A stretch of 64,000 bases of DNA. Source: Gammaproteobacteria bacterium. Lineage in GTDB: Bacteria > Pseudomonadota > Gammaproteobacteria > GCA-001735895. Each line of letters begins with the position of its first letter. The stretch's first letter is position 1. Below, one piece after another: positions 50,520 through 60,276 of this stretch. The notes beneath the pieces were generated by a model. The model saw only the letters and a program-made list of their open reading frames with translations, was not told the DNA's origin and made no database searches. Position numbers and translations under genes: made by a program. Location: NCBI GenBank assembly GCA_050288105.1, contig JBNKDE010000013.1, positions 3,519 to 67,518 of the forward strand. The letters are read 5' to 3'.

Positions 50520-51569
50520 TCAGGCTATGGTTATGCTGTCATCCAGATAAACGTCCTGAATGGCATTTAATAATTTTATACCTTCTTCCATCGGCTTCTG
50601 GAATGCCTTGCGTCCAGAAATCAGACCCATGCCTCCGGCGCGTTTATTGATCACGGCTGTACGAACCGCCTGATGCAAATCATCTTCACCTGAACCGCCT
50701 CCTGAATTGATCAGGCCGGCGCGCCCCATGTAACAGTTGGCGACCTGGTAACGGGTCAGGTCGATGGGGTGGTCTGTGGTCAGTTCGCTATACACCTTTG
50801 CATGTGTCTTGCCAAATTTGATCGCATTATAGCCGCCATTATTCTCGGCCTGTTTCTGTTTGATGATATCCGCATCGATGGTGGCAGCCAGATGATTGGC
50901 CTGCCCCGTCAGGTCGGCAGACACATGGTAATCCACGCCGTCGTTTTTAAAATCACTGTTACGCAGGTAGGCCCACAGGATGGTCACCATGCCCAGCTCG
51001 TGGGCGCGTTCGAAGGCTTCGGAAATTTCAATAATCTGACGCCTGCATTCCGGCGAACCGTAGTAGATGGTCGCCCCCACCGCTGCTGCGCCCATATCGA
51101 AAGCCTGCTCGACGCTGGCAAACAGGGTCTGGTCATAAAAATTGGGATAACTCAGAATCTCGTTATGGTTGATTTTGACGATAAAGGGAATCTTGTGAGC
51201 ATAGTCGCGGGCTACTGAACTGAGCACACCGAGCGTGGAAGCAACCGCATTACAACCACCGTTAATCGCTAGCTCGACGATATGCGCAGGGTCAAAATAG
51301 GCTGGGTTAGGGGCAAACGAGGCGCCTGCCGAATGTTCCACACCCTGGTCTACCGGCAACAATGACAGATATCCCGTACCTGCCAGGCGGCCCGTGTTGT
51401 ACATTGCGTTCAGGTTGCGTAGAACAGAAGGCTTGCGGTTCTTGCTGGCAACGACGCGTTCGATGTAGTCGGGGCCAGGCGCATGGATCGTGTTTTTAGG
51501 AATGCCGCTGCAGACATGGCTCAATAATGCTTCGGCTTCATCACCTAAGATCGTTTGACTATGACTCAT
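50520..51569 (-). CDS. fbaB: Class I fructose-bisphosphate aldolase FbaB
   Basis: 350 aa, near-collinear with E. coli FbaB as I recall it ([30 protein letters not shown]). Start set at MSHSQ. Confidence 0.9.
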   Translation of the reverse strand: MSHSQTILGDEAEALLSHVCSGIPKNTIHAPGPDYIERVVASKNRKPSVLRNLNAMYNTGRLAGTGYLSLLPVDQGVEHSAGASFAPNPAYFDPAHIVELAINGGCNAVASTLGVLSSVARDYAHKIPFIVKINHNEILSYPNFYDQTLFASVEQAFDMGAAAVGATIYYGSPECRRQIIEISEAFERAHELGMVTILWAYLRNSDFKNDGVDYHVSADLTGQANHLAATIDADIIKQKQAENNGGYNAIKFGKTHAKVYSELTTDHPIDLTRYQVANCYMGRAGLINSGGGSGEDDLHQAVRTAVINKRAGGMGLISGRKAFQKPMEEGIKLLNAIQDVYLDDSITIA

Positions 51570-51854
51570 TATTCTCTCCCATTGAGTGGCTAAGAAGGTA
51601 TTTATAACATGGAACAAACGCTCTCTGCACTGATTAAGCGGTTGTTCGCCTGTATTTGGATGGAGTTTGTGGAATGAGTATGATAGCTTTCAGAGAGCTT
51701 CAGATTAGTTCGTTCAAGGCTGTCATTACGAGAGCGCAAAGTGGCAATCTTTCTATTTAAGATCAATAAGGTATAGATTGTCTGGGCGCCAGCCCCCTGC
51801 AGTGGCGAATCATTCAGAGGTTTCCGAGCAACTAGAACAAAAGGAGTGTCTGTT

Positions 51855-52655
51855 ATGCCTGTAAATCCAGCAAAACCACGCGTAGCCTTAATTGTACATG
51901 GAGTACAGACCGGAGCTGATAAAGATCAAAAACAGCACCAGGTCATCAATCAGCTGATCAAGAATCGTCTGGGCAATATCCCGCTCAATTACAAAACCGA
52001 CATTTACCGATACGAAGATATCAATGACAAAACCATTGCACCAGCCAAAAAACTGGTGAAGATGATCGCCCGAACCCCGATTGCGGGGAAGCTGGCTGAA
52101 AGCACGATGGATCTGGTCGGTGACGTGGTATTAAATCTGGCAGACAACTCGACCGCGGCCAGGGTCAGGGCCGGGTTAAAGAAAAAAATTCTGGCCTATT
52201 ATAATTCTGGCAATCCCTGTTATCTGGTGGCGCATAGCCTGGGGTCGATCTACGCGCTTGATGTGATTAATGAGTTAATCAATGAAACTGATCTGTTTGA
52301 TAGAGAGCACCGTAGCAACTGGCCGATACAGGGTCTGCTAACGATTGGTTCACCGATTGGATTGGCCATGTTCCGTAAAGACCGGGCACGCCTTTCAAAA
52401 ATGGGGCCAGGGACCAAGATGTTGCGCTGGAAAAATTGCTGGGACCGCAATGACCCCGTTGTATCGGGTAATATATTTGGCAAAACGATTAACGGTTTTG
52501 AGATTGCAGAAAAGTATCAGAGTAACGATGAAGAGTTGGGCTGGTTTATCAAGGATGTACCGGTGAATACCGGAAAGCTCTGGCTGGCTTCTCACATAGC
52601 CTACTGGGAGCTGCCTGAGGTAGGTGATATTCTGGTTGATATGATGGCAAATTAG
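51855..52655 (+). CDS. Alpha/beta-hydrolase (lipase/esterase-like), cytoplasmic
   Basis: HG oxyanion motif (ALIVHGVQTG) and GxSxG (AHSLGS). No signal peptide. RBS aaggag. Confidence 0.6.
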   Translation: MPVNPAKPRVALIVHGVQTGADKDQKQHQVINQLIKNRLGNIPLNYKTDIYRYEDINDKTIAPAKKLVKMIARTPIAGKLAESTMDLVGDVVLNLADNSTAARVRAGLKKKILAYYNSGNPCYLVAHSLGSIYALDVINELINETDLFDREHRSNWPIQGLLTIGSPIGLAMFRKDRARLSKMGPGTKMLRWKNCWDRNDPVVSGNIFGKTINGFEIAEKYQSNDEELGWFIKDVPVNTGKLWLASHIAYWELPEVGDILVDMMAN

Positions 52656-52659
52656 GAGC

Positions 52660-53166
52660 ATGAAAATGAAATACTATTTTTTAAAATACTTTCTTATTAT
52701 TTCATTGCTTCTAGTCCAGGGCTGTACCCATACCCTGTATCAGGGTGATCTGGTTGGCCCCAATAACCTTGACCAGCAACAGAGTTTTAGATTGTGGTGG
52801 ATAAAGACCAGTCTGTTTTCAAAAGAGAAAGGGGATGGCAGTATTCGGCTGGATACGGGTTGTGCACGCTATGGATTTACCGAATCAGATCAGGGTTTAA
52901 CCATGGAATTACCTGCCGATCAATTTCATAGTATCGACCCCCAGACTGGTGATCATTTGACCTGTGGCAGGATTACCAACCTGAAACGTATACGGGAGTT
53001 TGATCAAGGAGAGGTAATGGTGGAAACTTATTGTGCGCCGCTGAATGACGGCTTTAGTGTGGTGAAAAAAACGCTGCCCAAAATTGGCGTGACACATAAG
53101 TTTGTGATTCAGAGTAAAGAAATCGATAAGGTGGATTTTTCTCCCGAGCCCTTGCCCTGTAATTAA
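52660..53166 (+). CDS. Hypothetical lipoprotein
   Basis: Lipobox LLLVQGC. 168 aa, 4 nt downstream of the hydrolase gene. AT-rich. Confidence 0.55.
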   Translation: MKMKYYFLKYFLIISLLLVQGCTHTLYQGDLVGPNNLDQQQSFRLWWIKTSLFSKEKGDGSIRLDTGCARYGFTESDQGLTMELPADQFHSIDPQTGDHLTCGRITNLKRIREFDQGEVMVETYCAPLNDGFSVVKKTLPKIGVTHKFVIQSKEIDKVDFSPEPLPCN

Positions 53167-53217
53167 TATTTTTATCATACTTAAGATTGTGCTGATCTAC
53201 AGACTTTAAAGAGAATA

Positions 53218-53358
53218 TTCACCACCGAGGACACAGAGTTCACGGAGGTTAAAAGCTCAATTTTAAATTCAGAAGGCTTGTGCAATATTGAAACGTGAAT
53301 TCAATAAAATAAGAATAATAATCAGGTAAATGATTTTCTCAGTGAACTCTGTGGTGAT
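53218..53358. repeat. Heptamer-TIR repeat R8
   Basis: Left ttcaccaccgaggacacagagttcacggagg, right ctcagtgaactctgtggtgat. Confidence 0.75.
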
Positions 53359-53405
53359 AAGGTTCTAACATGCTAACAGCAAAGAAAACAAAGAAATAAA
53401 CTGGT

Positions 53406-53813
53406 ATGGAAGTAAAAATTGAAATAAATGCCCAAATTGAAGAGACCGAAGTGATAGCGTTGTATAAAGCTAATCACTGGTCTGCTGCAGAAAAACCGGA
53501 CAAATTAATTCCTGCATTACGCAACTCACATACGCTGGTTACAGCAAGAATCGGTAACGATCTGGTGGGCATTGGTAATGCGATCTCAGATGGTTATCTC
53601 GTTGTTTACTATCCTCATATGCTGGTACATCCAGACTATCAGGGAAAAGGTATAGGGCGGAAAATGATGCAAGCGATGCAATCAATCTATGGCTCGTTTC
53701 ATCAACAAATGCTGACAGCTGATGGTGCAGCTATAGAGTTCTATAAGGCGCTGGGTTTTGAGCGGGCAGGTAATACCGAGCCAATGTGGGTATATGCCGG
53801 GTCAGAGCATTAA
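53406..53813 (+). CDS. GNAT family N-acetyltransferase
   Basis: 135 aa with motif QGKGIGRKMM. Confidence 0.75.
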   Translation: MEVKIEINAQIEETEVIALYKANHWSAAEKPDKLIPALRNSHTLVTARIGNDLVGIGNAISDGYLVVYYPHMLVHPDYQGKGIGRKMMQAMQSIYGSFHQQMLTADGAAIEFYKALGFERAGNTEPMWVYAGSEH

Positions 53814-53895
53814 AGCAATTCTTGTTTGATTGAAAGAAATTGGTGAACTTAAAATTATTATAAATCGGGTTTGTATCAATCAGGAGAACAGGCAG

Positions 53896-54132
53896 ATGCC
53901 TGATAAATACTTTTCATCAGTCAGATGGCTATTATTGATGGTCGTGCTGGTAAGTTTAAGACTGCATGCCGATGAATCCATTGATGCTCGGATCTCATGG
54001 AAAGCGCCCGCTGAATATACCAATGGCGAAACATTAAAATATGCACAGATCGAATTAAAGGAATACCGTCTTTATTACGGGCCTTCCAGAGAGAAGGTTC
54101 GTTCGCAGTTTGTTAGCATCGTTTCCAGATAG
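53896..54132 (+). CDS. Hypothetical small secreted protein
   Basis: 78 aa, signal-like N-terminus, RBS aggaga. Confidence 0.35.
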   Translation: MPDKYFSSVRWLLLMVVLVSLRLHADESIDARISWKAPAEYTNGETLKYAQIELKEYRLYYGPSREKVRSQFVSIVSR

Positions 54133-54303
54133 CTTTCCTATCCCTTGCAAAAGCTGGATTTTTCCAGCATTCAGTCACCGGTTATTTATTTTGGCCTGAC
54201 CGCGGTATCAAAAACGGGTCAGGAAGGTGATTAGTCTGAGATTATATTTTTTCTGCCATGGGGCTAATTCAATACATTAAAAACAAAGGCTTTTAGACTT
54301 GCC

Positions 54304-56241
54304 TTAGCGCGTCAGTTGGCTGGGATCCATCGGTCGGTAATAGTAGAACCCCTGTACCGAGTCTACGTTGTTTTCACGTAAAAACCGGAGCTCTTCAGCG
54401 CTTTCAACGCCCTCGGCGAGAACGGTCATTCCCAGTCCTTTTGCCAGCGCAATAATCGTTTTAACGATAGTCTGGTTTTTGGGTTCATGCGTGATGTTGC
54501 GGATAAACGAGGTATCAATCTTGAGTTTGTCGATTGGTAGATGTTTTAGATACGAGAGGGAAGAGTACCCGGTTCCAAAGTCATCAATAGAGATGTGAAA
54601 ACCCCTGGACTTTAACATTTCTAGCAATAGGGTCATTTTTTCCGGGTTTTCGAGGATGGAGCTTTCGGTAATCTCTAGCTCAATGCACGAAGGTGGGCAT
54701 TGGGTTCGCTCGATGATCTGATCGAGCGTTGCAATAAAATCGGGATGTGAGAGCTGTCGTGCCGAGACATTGATAGCCATAGTCCCTTCCAGAAGGCCTG
54801 ATTCCTGCCATTGAAGGGCGGTTTGACAGCCTAGTGTTAAGACAAATTTTCCAATGTCGTGGATGAGCCCGCTTTCCTCACAGATGGGGATAAACGTTGC
54901 AGGCGGGATATATCCATGCGCTGTTTCCCAGCGTAACAGCGCTTCATAGCCGATAATTTTCTCGCTTTTAACATCCACCTGAGGCTGGTAGAAAAGTTTT
55001 AGTTCCCCTTCTTCCAGTGCCTTATTCAAATTGCTGGCTATCGTGGTTCGTTGTAGCGCATTCTGGATGAGTTCTTCACTGTAGAAGTAAAAGGTATTTT
55101 TTCCGGTTTTTTTGGCTTTATAGAGTGCAGCGTCAGCACACTGGAGCAAGTCTTCAGTGGTATTGGCATCTTTGGGGTAATGGGCGATACCGATACTGCC
55201 CGAGGTGTATATATCGATGTCGTCGATATGAAATGGATGGTTGAGTCCGTCCATAAGCCGGTTCAGAATCGCGTGCAAAGAGGCTTCTTTTTCGTCATAC
55301 GGCGTAATCATAAGAAATTCATCGCCTCCAGTACGAACGATATAGGTATCTGGAGGAAAAATGCTTTTCAATAGATGGGTAACCTTGATCAGTAGTTGAT
55401 CCCCGATATAGTGTCCGTAAGAATCATTAATTTGCTGAAACTCATCCAGATCAAGGAACAGTAAAGAGAAGGGACTTTGCTGTGCATCGGTCATTTTTTT
55501 GCCCAGGGTCTCAGTGAGGCTGAGTCTGTTTGGTAGACCGGTCAGTGGATCGTAATGTGCGAGCCGGTCAAGGCTCTCTTTCGCATCCAGTAGTGACTGT
55601 TCGTGTTTCTTAGCGGCAGTAACATCGCGAGAAATCCCGAAAAGTCCGATAGGTTTTTCATTGGCGACGCGTATAGGGCCTTTAGTTACCCAGAATATGA
55701 TGGTCTCTCCAGAAGAGGTTGTCAGCACTTCCTCGTGACTGGTGATCCTGTCGTCGGCAATAACTTTTCTGTCCATTTCACGGATCATTGCCGCATCATT
55801 GGCGGTGAAGATCAGCTCATCCGTATTGCCGATGGCATCCTCCACCTGGACGCCCGTGATGCGGGCTGCCGCCTCGTTAAAAAATACATACCTGCCTTCA
55901 GAATCTTTGACAAAAATGGCATCAGGCGAGCTATTGATAATTGTTTTAAGCAGGGTATCTTTTTCGATCAGTTGCTGTTGTGCTCTGTTCTGTTGTTCAA
56001 TGTGATGCTGGTATTCGATAAATGCCTTGTGCAAAAATTGGTAGGTGAGAAGATAAAGTAGCAGGGCAGTGACGAGAATGAAAAACCATCCCTTATAGGT
56101 TTGTAATAGCGTAAGTTGATCGTTGCCAGAGGCAATCGCATTGACAATGGAATCGGAAAGATAGATCCAGAGCGCCCCGAATATGAGATAAAGGAGAGAG
56201 ATCCAGATCGCACGTTTGATGTTTCGCGAGTTCTTCATCAC
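54304..56241 (-). CDS. Membrane-anchored PAS-GGDEF-EAL c-di-GMP signalling protein
   Basis: Two TM segments, a PAS domain, a GGDEF domain (RTGGDEF) and an EAL domain (EALLRW, DDFGTGYSS). Confidence 0.9.
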   Translation of the reverse strand: MMKNSRNIKRAIWISLLYLIFGALWIYLSDSIVNAIASGNDQLTLLQTYKGWFFILVTALLLYLLTYQFLHKAFIEYQHHIEQQNRAQQQLIEKDTLLKTIINSSPDAIFVKDSEGRYVFFNEAAARITGVQVEDAIGNTDELIFTANDAAMIREMDRKVIADDRITSHEEVLTTSSGETIIFWVTKGPIRVANEKPIGLFGISRDVTAAKKHEQSLLDAKESLDRLAHYDPLTGLPNRLSLTETLGKKMTDAQQSPFSLLFLDLDEFQQINDSYGHYIGDQLLIKVTHLLKSIFPPDTYIVRTGGDEFLMITPYDEKEASLHAILNRLMDGLNHPFHIDDIDIYTSGSIGIAHYPKDANTTEDLLQCADAALYKAKKTGKNTFYFYSEELIQNALQRTTIASNLNKALEEGELKLFYQPQVDVKSEKIIGYEALLRWETAHGYIPPATFIPICEESGLIHDIGKFVLTLGCQTALQWQESGLLEGTMAINVSARQLSHPDFIATLDQIIERTQCPPSCIELEITESSILENPEKMTLLLEMLKSRGFHISIDDFGTGYSSLSYLKHLPIDKLKIDTSFIRNITHEPKNQTIVKTIIALAKGLGMTVLAEGVESAEELRFLRENNVDSVQGFYYYRPMDPSQLTR

Positions 56242-56437
56242 TATGGTAACGATTTAACATACTGTGCAAAGGATAAACTATAACATATGGGTCTTTTGAA
56301 AAAAGCCGCTAGTACTTAAGTGTGAACAACATCAATAAACCGTAACACTGGGGAATAGCGCTGACTAGCAGGTTAAAATATCTGTCTACGGACAGAGTTT
56401 GATCCTGATAAGAAACCCGCAAGGAGCTAGCAAAGTA

Positions 56438-57769
56438 ATGTTTAAAAACCGGAAAGCAATACTACTGAGTGCGCTGTTTATGCTATTGACTGGCTGTGGA
56501 GGAGGGTCGAATAGCGCTGCGACAGCGGAGCCGGCAGCACGCACCTTCCTGATGGGTTCAACACCTTTCTCGGTGAGTCACAATGGGAGTGAAACGCTAT
56601 TCGCCGACTGGAATTTTAATCATGCGGCAGACAGGGATTTACTGTCATTACATGTGGATGATTTTTATGGTGTCCCCTGGGATTACTGTGATGCTTCAGG
56701 ATGTAGTGGGCTACCGCCTTCCTGGGTGTCCAAATGGCAAAACCTGGCGAGTATTGCAGCCGCGCAAAAACAAAAAATATATCTGGCGCTCTCTCCTCTT
56801 GGTGGGCGGCGTACTCTGGCCCCAAATGTGCTGGCAGATGGTTCCACTCAGGATGGCTGGAATACTCAAATCGACAGCAATGGTTGCTATCTATTTGATA
56901 GTGATGCATCTACAATGACATGGCAGGCTGCCTACATCGGCTATTTAAAATATATCATCGACCTGATTCAGCCGGATTACCTGAGCCCGGCGGTGGAAAT
57001 GAACATTCCATTTTTAAGCTGTCCGGCACAACAATCAGCCTGGATTAACTGGTATCAACAGGTACAGGATGCGATTAAAGCGGCTTATCCGTCGCTGATT
57101 GTTTTTCCCACCTTTCAGCTCGAATTTATCTACGGCAACACAGATGAAACAGCCTGTACAGGAATGACAATATCTGACTGTTTTGACGTTCGCCTGACTC
57201 AGGCCTTAAGCATTAATGCTGATCGTATTGCATTCTCCAGTTACCCTGCAACCTGGTCATATAAACCTGAGTATAATTTCAGCTTTCCGCGCGATACCTT
57301 GAGTAAGGTTGCCGCCGTAACGAATCGGCCGATCTGGATATCCGAAACAGGCTGGCAGGCTATTCCTGTGTTAAGCAGTTACCAGCATACTGCAGGTGGT
57401 AGCTGTGGCTTTGCGATATATCCCGCTACGCTGGATATTCCCAATGTGGGTACGATAGATGTGGCGAATGAGCAGGCTCAAAGCGTATATATGGAATGGC
57501 TGCTGGAACAGGCAGATCAGCAGAATGTGGAAGCGGTGGTGTGGTGGTTAAATCAGGATTATCTGGCTGGTGAAGCCGCACAACAATGCCCCTGTTCCCC
57601 TGCCGATAGTGCAAGCTGCAAAATACTGGACGACTTTTATGCCGTTGGTGGCGATTACACTGAAATGCTGCTGCGCGCGTTTGGAAATATGGCGCTACGA
57701 CGTTACGATGACACACCTCGCCCAGCCTATACACTTTGGCGCAATTATCTGGATAAAAGCTATCGCTAA
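56438..57769 (+). CDS. Lipoprotein, glycoside-hydrolase-like (clan GH-A type ISETGW nucleophile motif)
   Basis: Lipobox LLTGC and RBS aaggag. The ETG motif suggests a (beta/alpha)8 glycosidase. Confidence 0.55.
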   Translation: MFKNRKAILLSALFMLLTGCGGGSNSAATAEPAARTFLMGSTPFSVSHNGSETLFADWNFNHAADRDLLSLHVDDFYGVPWDYCDASGCSGLPPSWVSKWQNLASIAAAQKQKIYLALSPLGGRRTLAPNVLADGSTQDGWNTQIDSNGCYLFDSDASTMTWQAAYIGYLKYIIDLIQPDYLSPAVEMNIPFLSCPAQQSAWINWYQQVQDAIKAAYPSLIVFPTFQLEFIYGNTDETACTGMTISDCFDVRLTQALSINADRIAFSSYPATWSYKPEYNFSFPRDTLSKVAAVTNRPIWISETGWQAIPVLSSYQHTAGGSCGFAIYPATLDIPNVGTIDVANEQAQSVYMEWLLEQADQQNVEAVVWWLNQDYLAGEAAQQCPCSPADSASCKILDDFYAVGGDYTEMLLRAFGNMALRRYDDTPRPAYTLWRNYLDKSYR

Positions 57770-57830
57770 GCCCCGTATCCTTGATCAGGCTGAGCAATGG
57801 TTTTCCTCAGCCTGTTCAACAACGTTCTGT

Positions 57831-58880
57831 TTATCGTCTGCGCGAGCGCTTGCGTGCCGGACCTTGTGAGGCAGAGCCTTCTGCTACCGATAATCGTCCC
57901 TGCAATTGAGCAACAGCGCCAGTGCTAAGCGCACCCAGTTTATCTTCGATTTGTTCGCGGGTCGGTGTTTCCCTTTTGTGGTGCTCATCGATTGCTTTAC
58001 GCATCGCAGCGACATGTTCGGGAAGGGTGCCACAGCAACCACCGATGATGCAGGCACCTGCATCAATCGCCATGCGCGCATACTCAGCCATAGTTTCGGC
58101 AGAGCCACCGTAGACAATTTCGCCATCCACATACTGCGGTACACCGCAATTGGCTTTGGCAACAATCAATGGCTGTTGCTCATTCTCATTCATGGCATTT
58201 TTGATATTGACGATGGCGGCAACAAGTTCAGCCGTTCCTACACCGCAGTTTGAGCCGATGGCGAATAAAGGGGTTTCGATTTTGTGGGTATTTTCCACGA
58301 TATCTGCCGGTGATAAACCCATCATGGTGCGGCCATTGGTGTCAATACTATAGGTAGTGACAATAGGTAAGCCCAGCCCTGTGCAGGCTTCAACGGCGGC
58401 ATTTGCCTCATCAATAGAGGACATGGTTTCAATCCAGAAAACGTCTACGCCCCCTTTTTTTAAAGCTTCAGCCTGCTCGCGAAAAGCGCTGACCGCATCT
58501 GCATGGCTAAGCGCTCCAAGAGGTGCCAGGATTTCGCCCGTGGGGCCTATCGATCCAGCGGCAACGATCTCGCGTCCAGATTTTTCGATTTCCTGCTTAA
58601 GCAGGCGCACGGCTTCAATATTGAGTTCAGCAACCCGGTTATCGGCCTGATGAAGTTTAAGGCGATAGCGGGTACCCCCAAAGGTATTGCTGAGGATAAT
58701 GTCGGAGCCTGCTTCAACGAAACTACGGTAATGCGCTGCAATACGATCAGGGTGATCACAATTCCATAGCTCTGGAGCCTCACCCGTTTGCAGTCCCATC
58801 TGAAACAGGTTGGAACCGGTTGCGCCATCGGCGAGTAGTACATGTTTGCGTTGAATCAGGGTTTGTAACAGGTTGCTCAT
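57831..58880 (-). CDS. Homocysteine S-methyltransferase family protein
   Basis: Pfam S-methyl_trans features (LLADGATGSNL, GGCCGT). Confidence 0.75.
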   Translation of the reverse strand: MSNLLQTLIQRKHVLLADGATGSNLFQMGLQTGEAPELWNCDHPDRIAAHYRSFVEAGSDIILSNTFGGTRYRLKLHQADNRVAELNIEAVRLLKQEIEKSGREIVAAGSIGPTGEILAPLGALSHADAVSAFREQAEALKKGGVDVFWIETMSSIDEANAAVEACTGLGLPIVTTYSIDTNGRTMMGLSPADIVENTHKIETPLFAIGSNCGVGTAELVAAIVNIKNAMNENEQQPLIVAKANCGVPQYVDGEIVYGGSAETMAEYARMAIDAGACIIGGCCGTLPEHVAAMRKAIDEHHKRETPTREQIEDKLGALSTGAVAQLQGRLSVAEGSASQGPARKRSRRR

Positions 58881-59117
58881 GATAATTGAATACATTCAGG
58901 TGAATTTAATGCTCGAAGTGTAATTCATGAATCAGGTCGTCTGCGAGCAAAAATTGTTGGCGGTCATTCAATCTGCAGGGTATAAGAAAAATCTTTGTCT
59001 ACTGGTTTGGTCGTGTCTCTATCAGGGCCCAGATAAAAACCAGTACAGATTGAAGGTTGAACCCTGGTCCCAAATGGGAAAGAATGTTCGGCGAAAAGAT
59101 TAAGGAGCACTCACTAC

Positions 59118-60155
59118 ATGAAAAAGATCAATCTGGGTAACAGCGATCTTGAGGTTTCCCACATTTGCCTGGGAACGATGACTTTCGGCGAACAGAACAC
59201 AGAAGCTGAAGCTCATCAGCAACTCGATTACGCGCTCGAACAAGGCATTAATTTTATCGACTGCGCTGAGATGTACCCGGTACCGCCCCGGGCAGAGACC
59301 TGTGGTCAGACCGAGCGCTTTATCGGTAGCTGGTTGCAGGGGCAGCAGCGTGATCAGATTATCCTGGCTACCAAAGTAACCGGTCCTGGGCGTGGCTTTG
59401 ACTGGGTGCGTGAGGGTGATCTTCAGTTTACTCGTGGTAATCTTGAGCGCGCGTTGGAGGGTTCCTTGCAGCGACTTGCTACGGATTATGTGGATCTTTA
59501 CCAGTTGCATTGGCCAGACCGGAATGTGCCGACATTCGGTCAATATCATTTTAATCCTGACGATGAGCGCGATACCGTGCCACTACGCGAAACGATGTCG
59601 GTGCTGGGCGAGTTTATTCGCGAGGGTAAGGTTCGTCACTGGGGGCTATCGAATGAAACCGCGTGGGGGTTGAGCACGGTATTACGTATAGCCGATGAAG
59701 AAGGTTTGCCGCGCCCTGTTTCCGTACAAAATGCCTACAACCTGCTCAACCGGTACTGGGAAAACAGCCTGGCTGAGATCAGTTATCGAGAACGGGTTGA
59801 TCTTCTGGCTTACTCCCCATTGGGTTTTGGTTACCTTAGCGGAAAATATCTCGATGACCCGGATGCTGAGGGTCGGGTAACGATCTATCAGGGTTTTGCA
59901 GGGCGATACAGCAAGGAAAATACCCAAAAGGCAGTGGCTGCCTATGCTGATCTTGCGCGCTCTAACGGCCTCACACCGACACAGTTGGCGCTGGCATTCT
60001 GTTACTCACACTGGTGTGTGGGTAGTACCATTATCGGTGCCACCAGTATGACCCAGTTGCAAGAGAATATCGGTGCAGCATCGATACAGCTGTCACAAGC
60101 CGTGCGGGAAGAGATCGAGCATATACATCTGAGATACACCAATCCCGCGCCTTGA
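59118..60155 (+). CDS. tas: Aldo/keto reductase Tas-like
   Basis: N-terminus LEVSHICLGTMTFGEQNTEAEAHQQLDYALEQGINFIDCAEMYP closely matches the E. coli Tas N-terminus as I recall it. Confidence 0.85.
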   Translation: MKKINLGNSDLEVSHICLGTMTFGEQNTEAEAHQQLDYALEQGINFIDCAEMYPVPPRAETCGQTERFIGSWLQGQQRDQIILATKVTGPGRGFDWVREGDLQFTRGNLERALEGSLQRLATDYVDLYQLHWPDRNVPTFGQYHFNPDDERDTVPLRETMSVLGEFIREGKVRHWGLSNETAWGLSTVLRIADEEGLPRPVSVQNAYNLLNRYWENSLAEISYRERVDLLAYSPLGFGYLSGKYLDDPDAEGRVTIYQGFAGRYSKENTQKAVAAYADLARSNGLTPTQLALAFCYSHWCVGSTIIGATSMTQLQENIGAASIQLSQAVREEIEHIHLRYTNPAP

Positions 60156-60276
60156 ATACGCTTTCCTGAAGACCTAGCAATATACCAGGTCATTGGGTTT
60201 AACAGGTCCAGCAATTTATGAAGTGTCTTGTCGTAATAGCACAGCCTCTGCATGACAGTTTGTGCCGAATGCAGAT

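Noticed and set aside
58896-59117. Possible SAM/cobalamin riboswitch upstream of the homocysteine methyltransferase gene
   Set aside because: No recognisable conserved riboswitch core was found by eye. It needs an Rfam scan.
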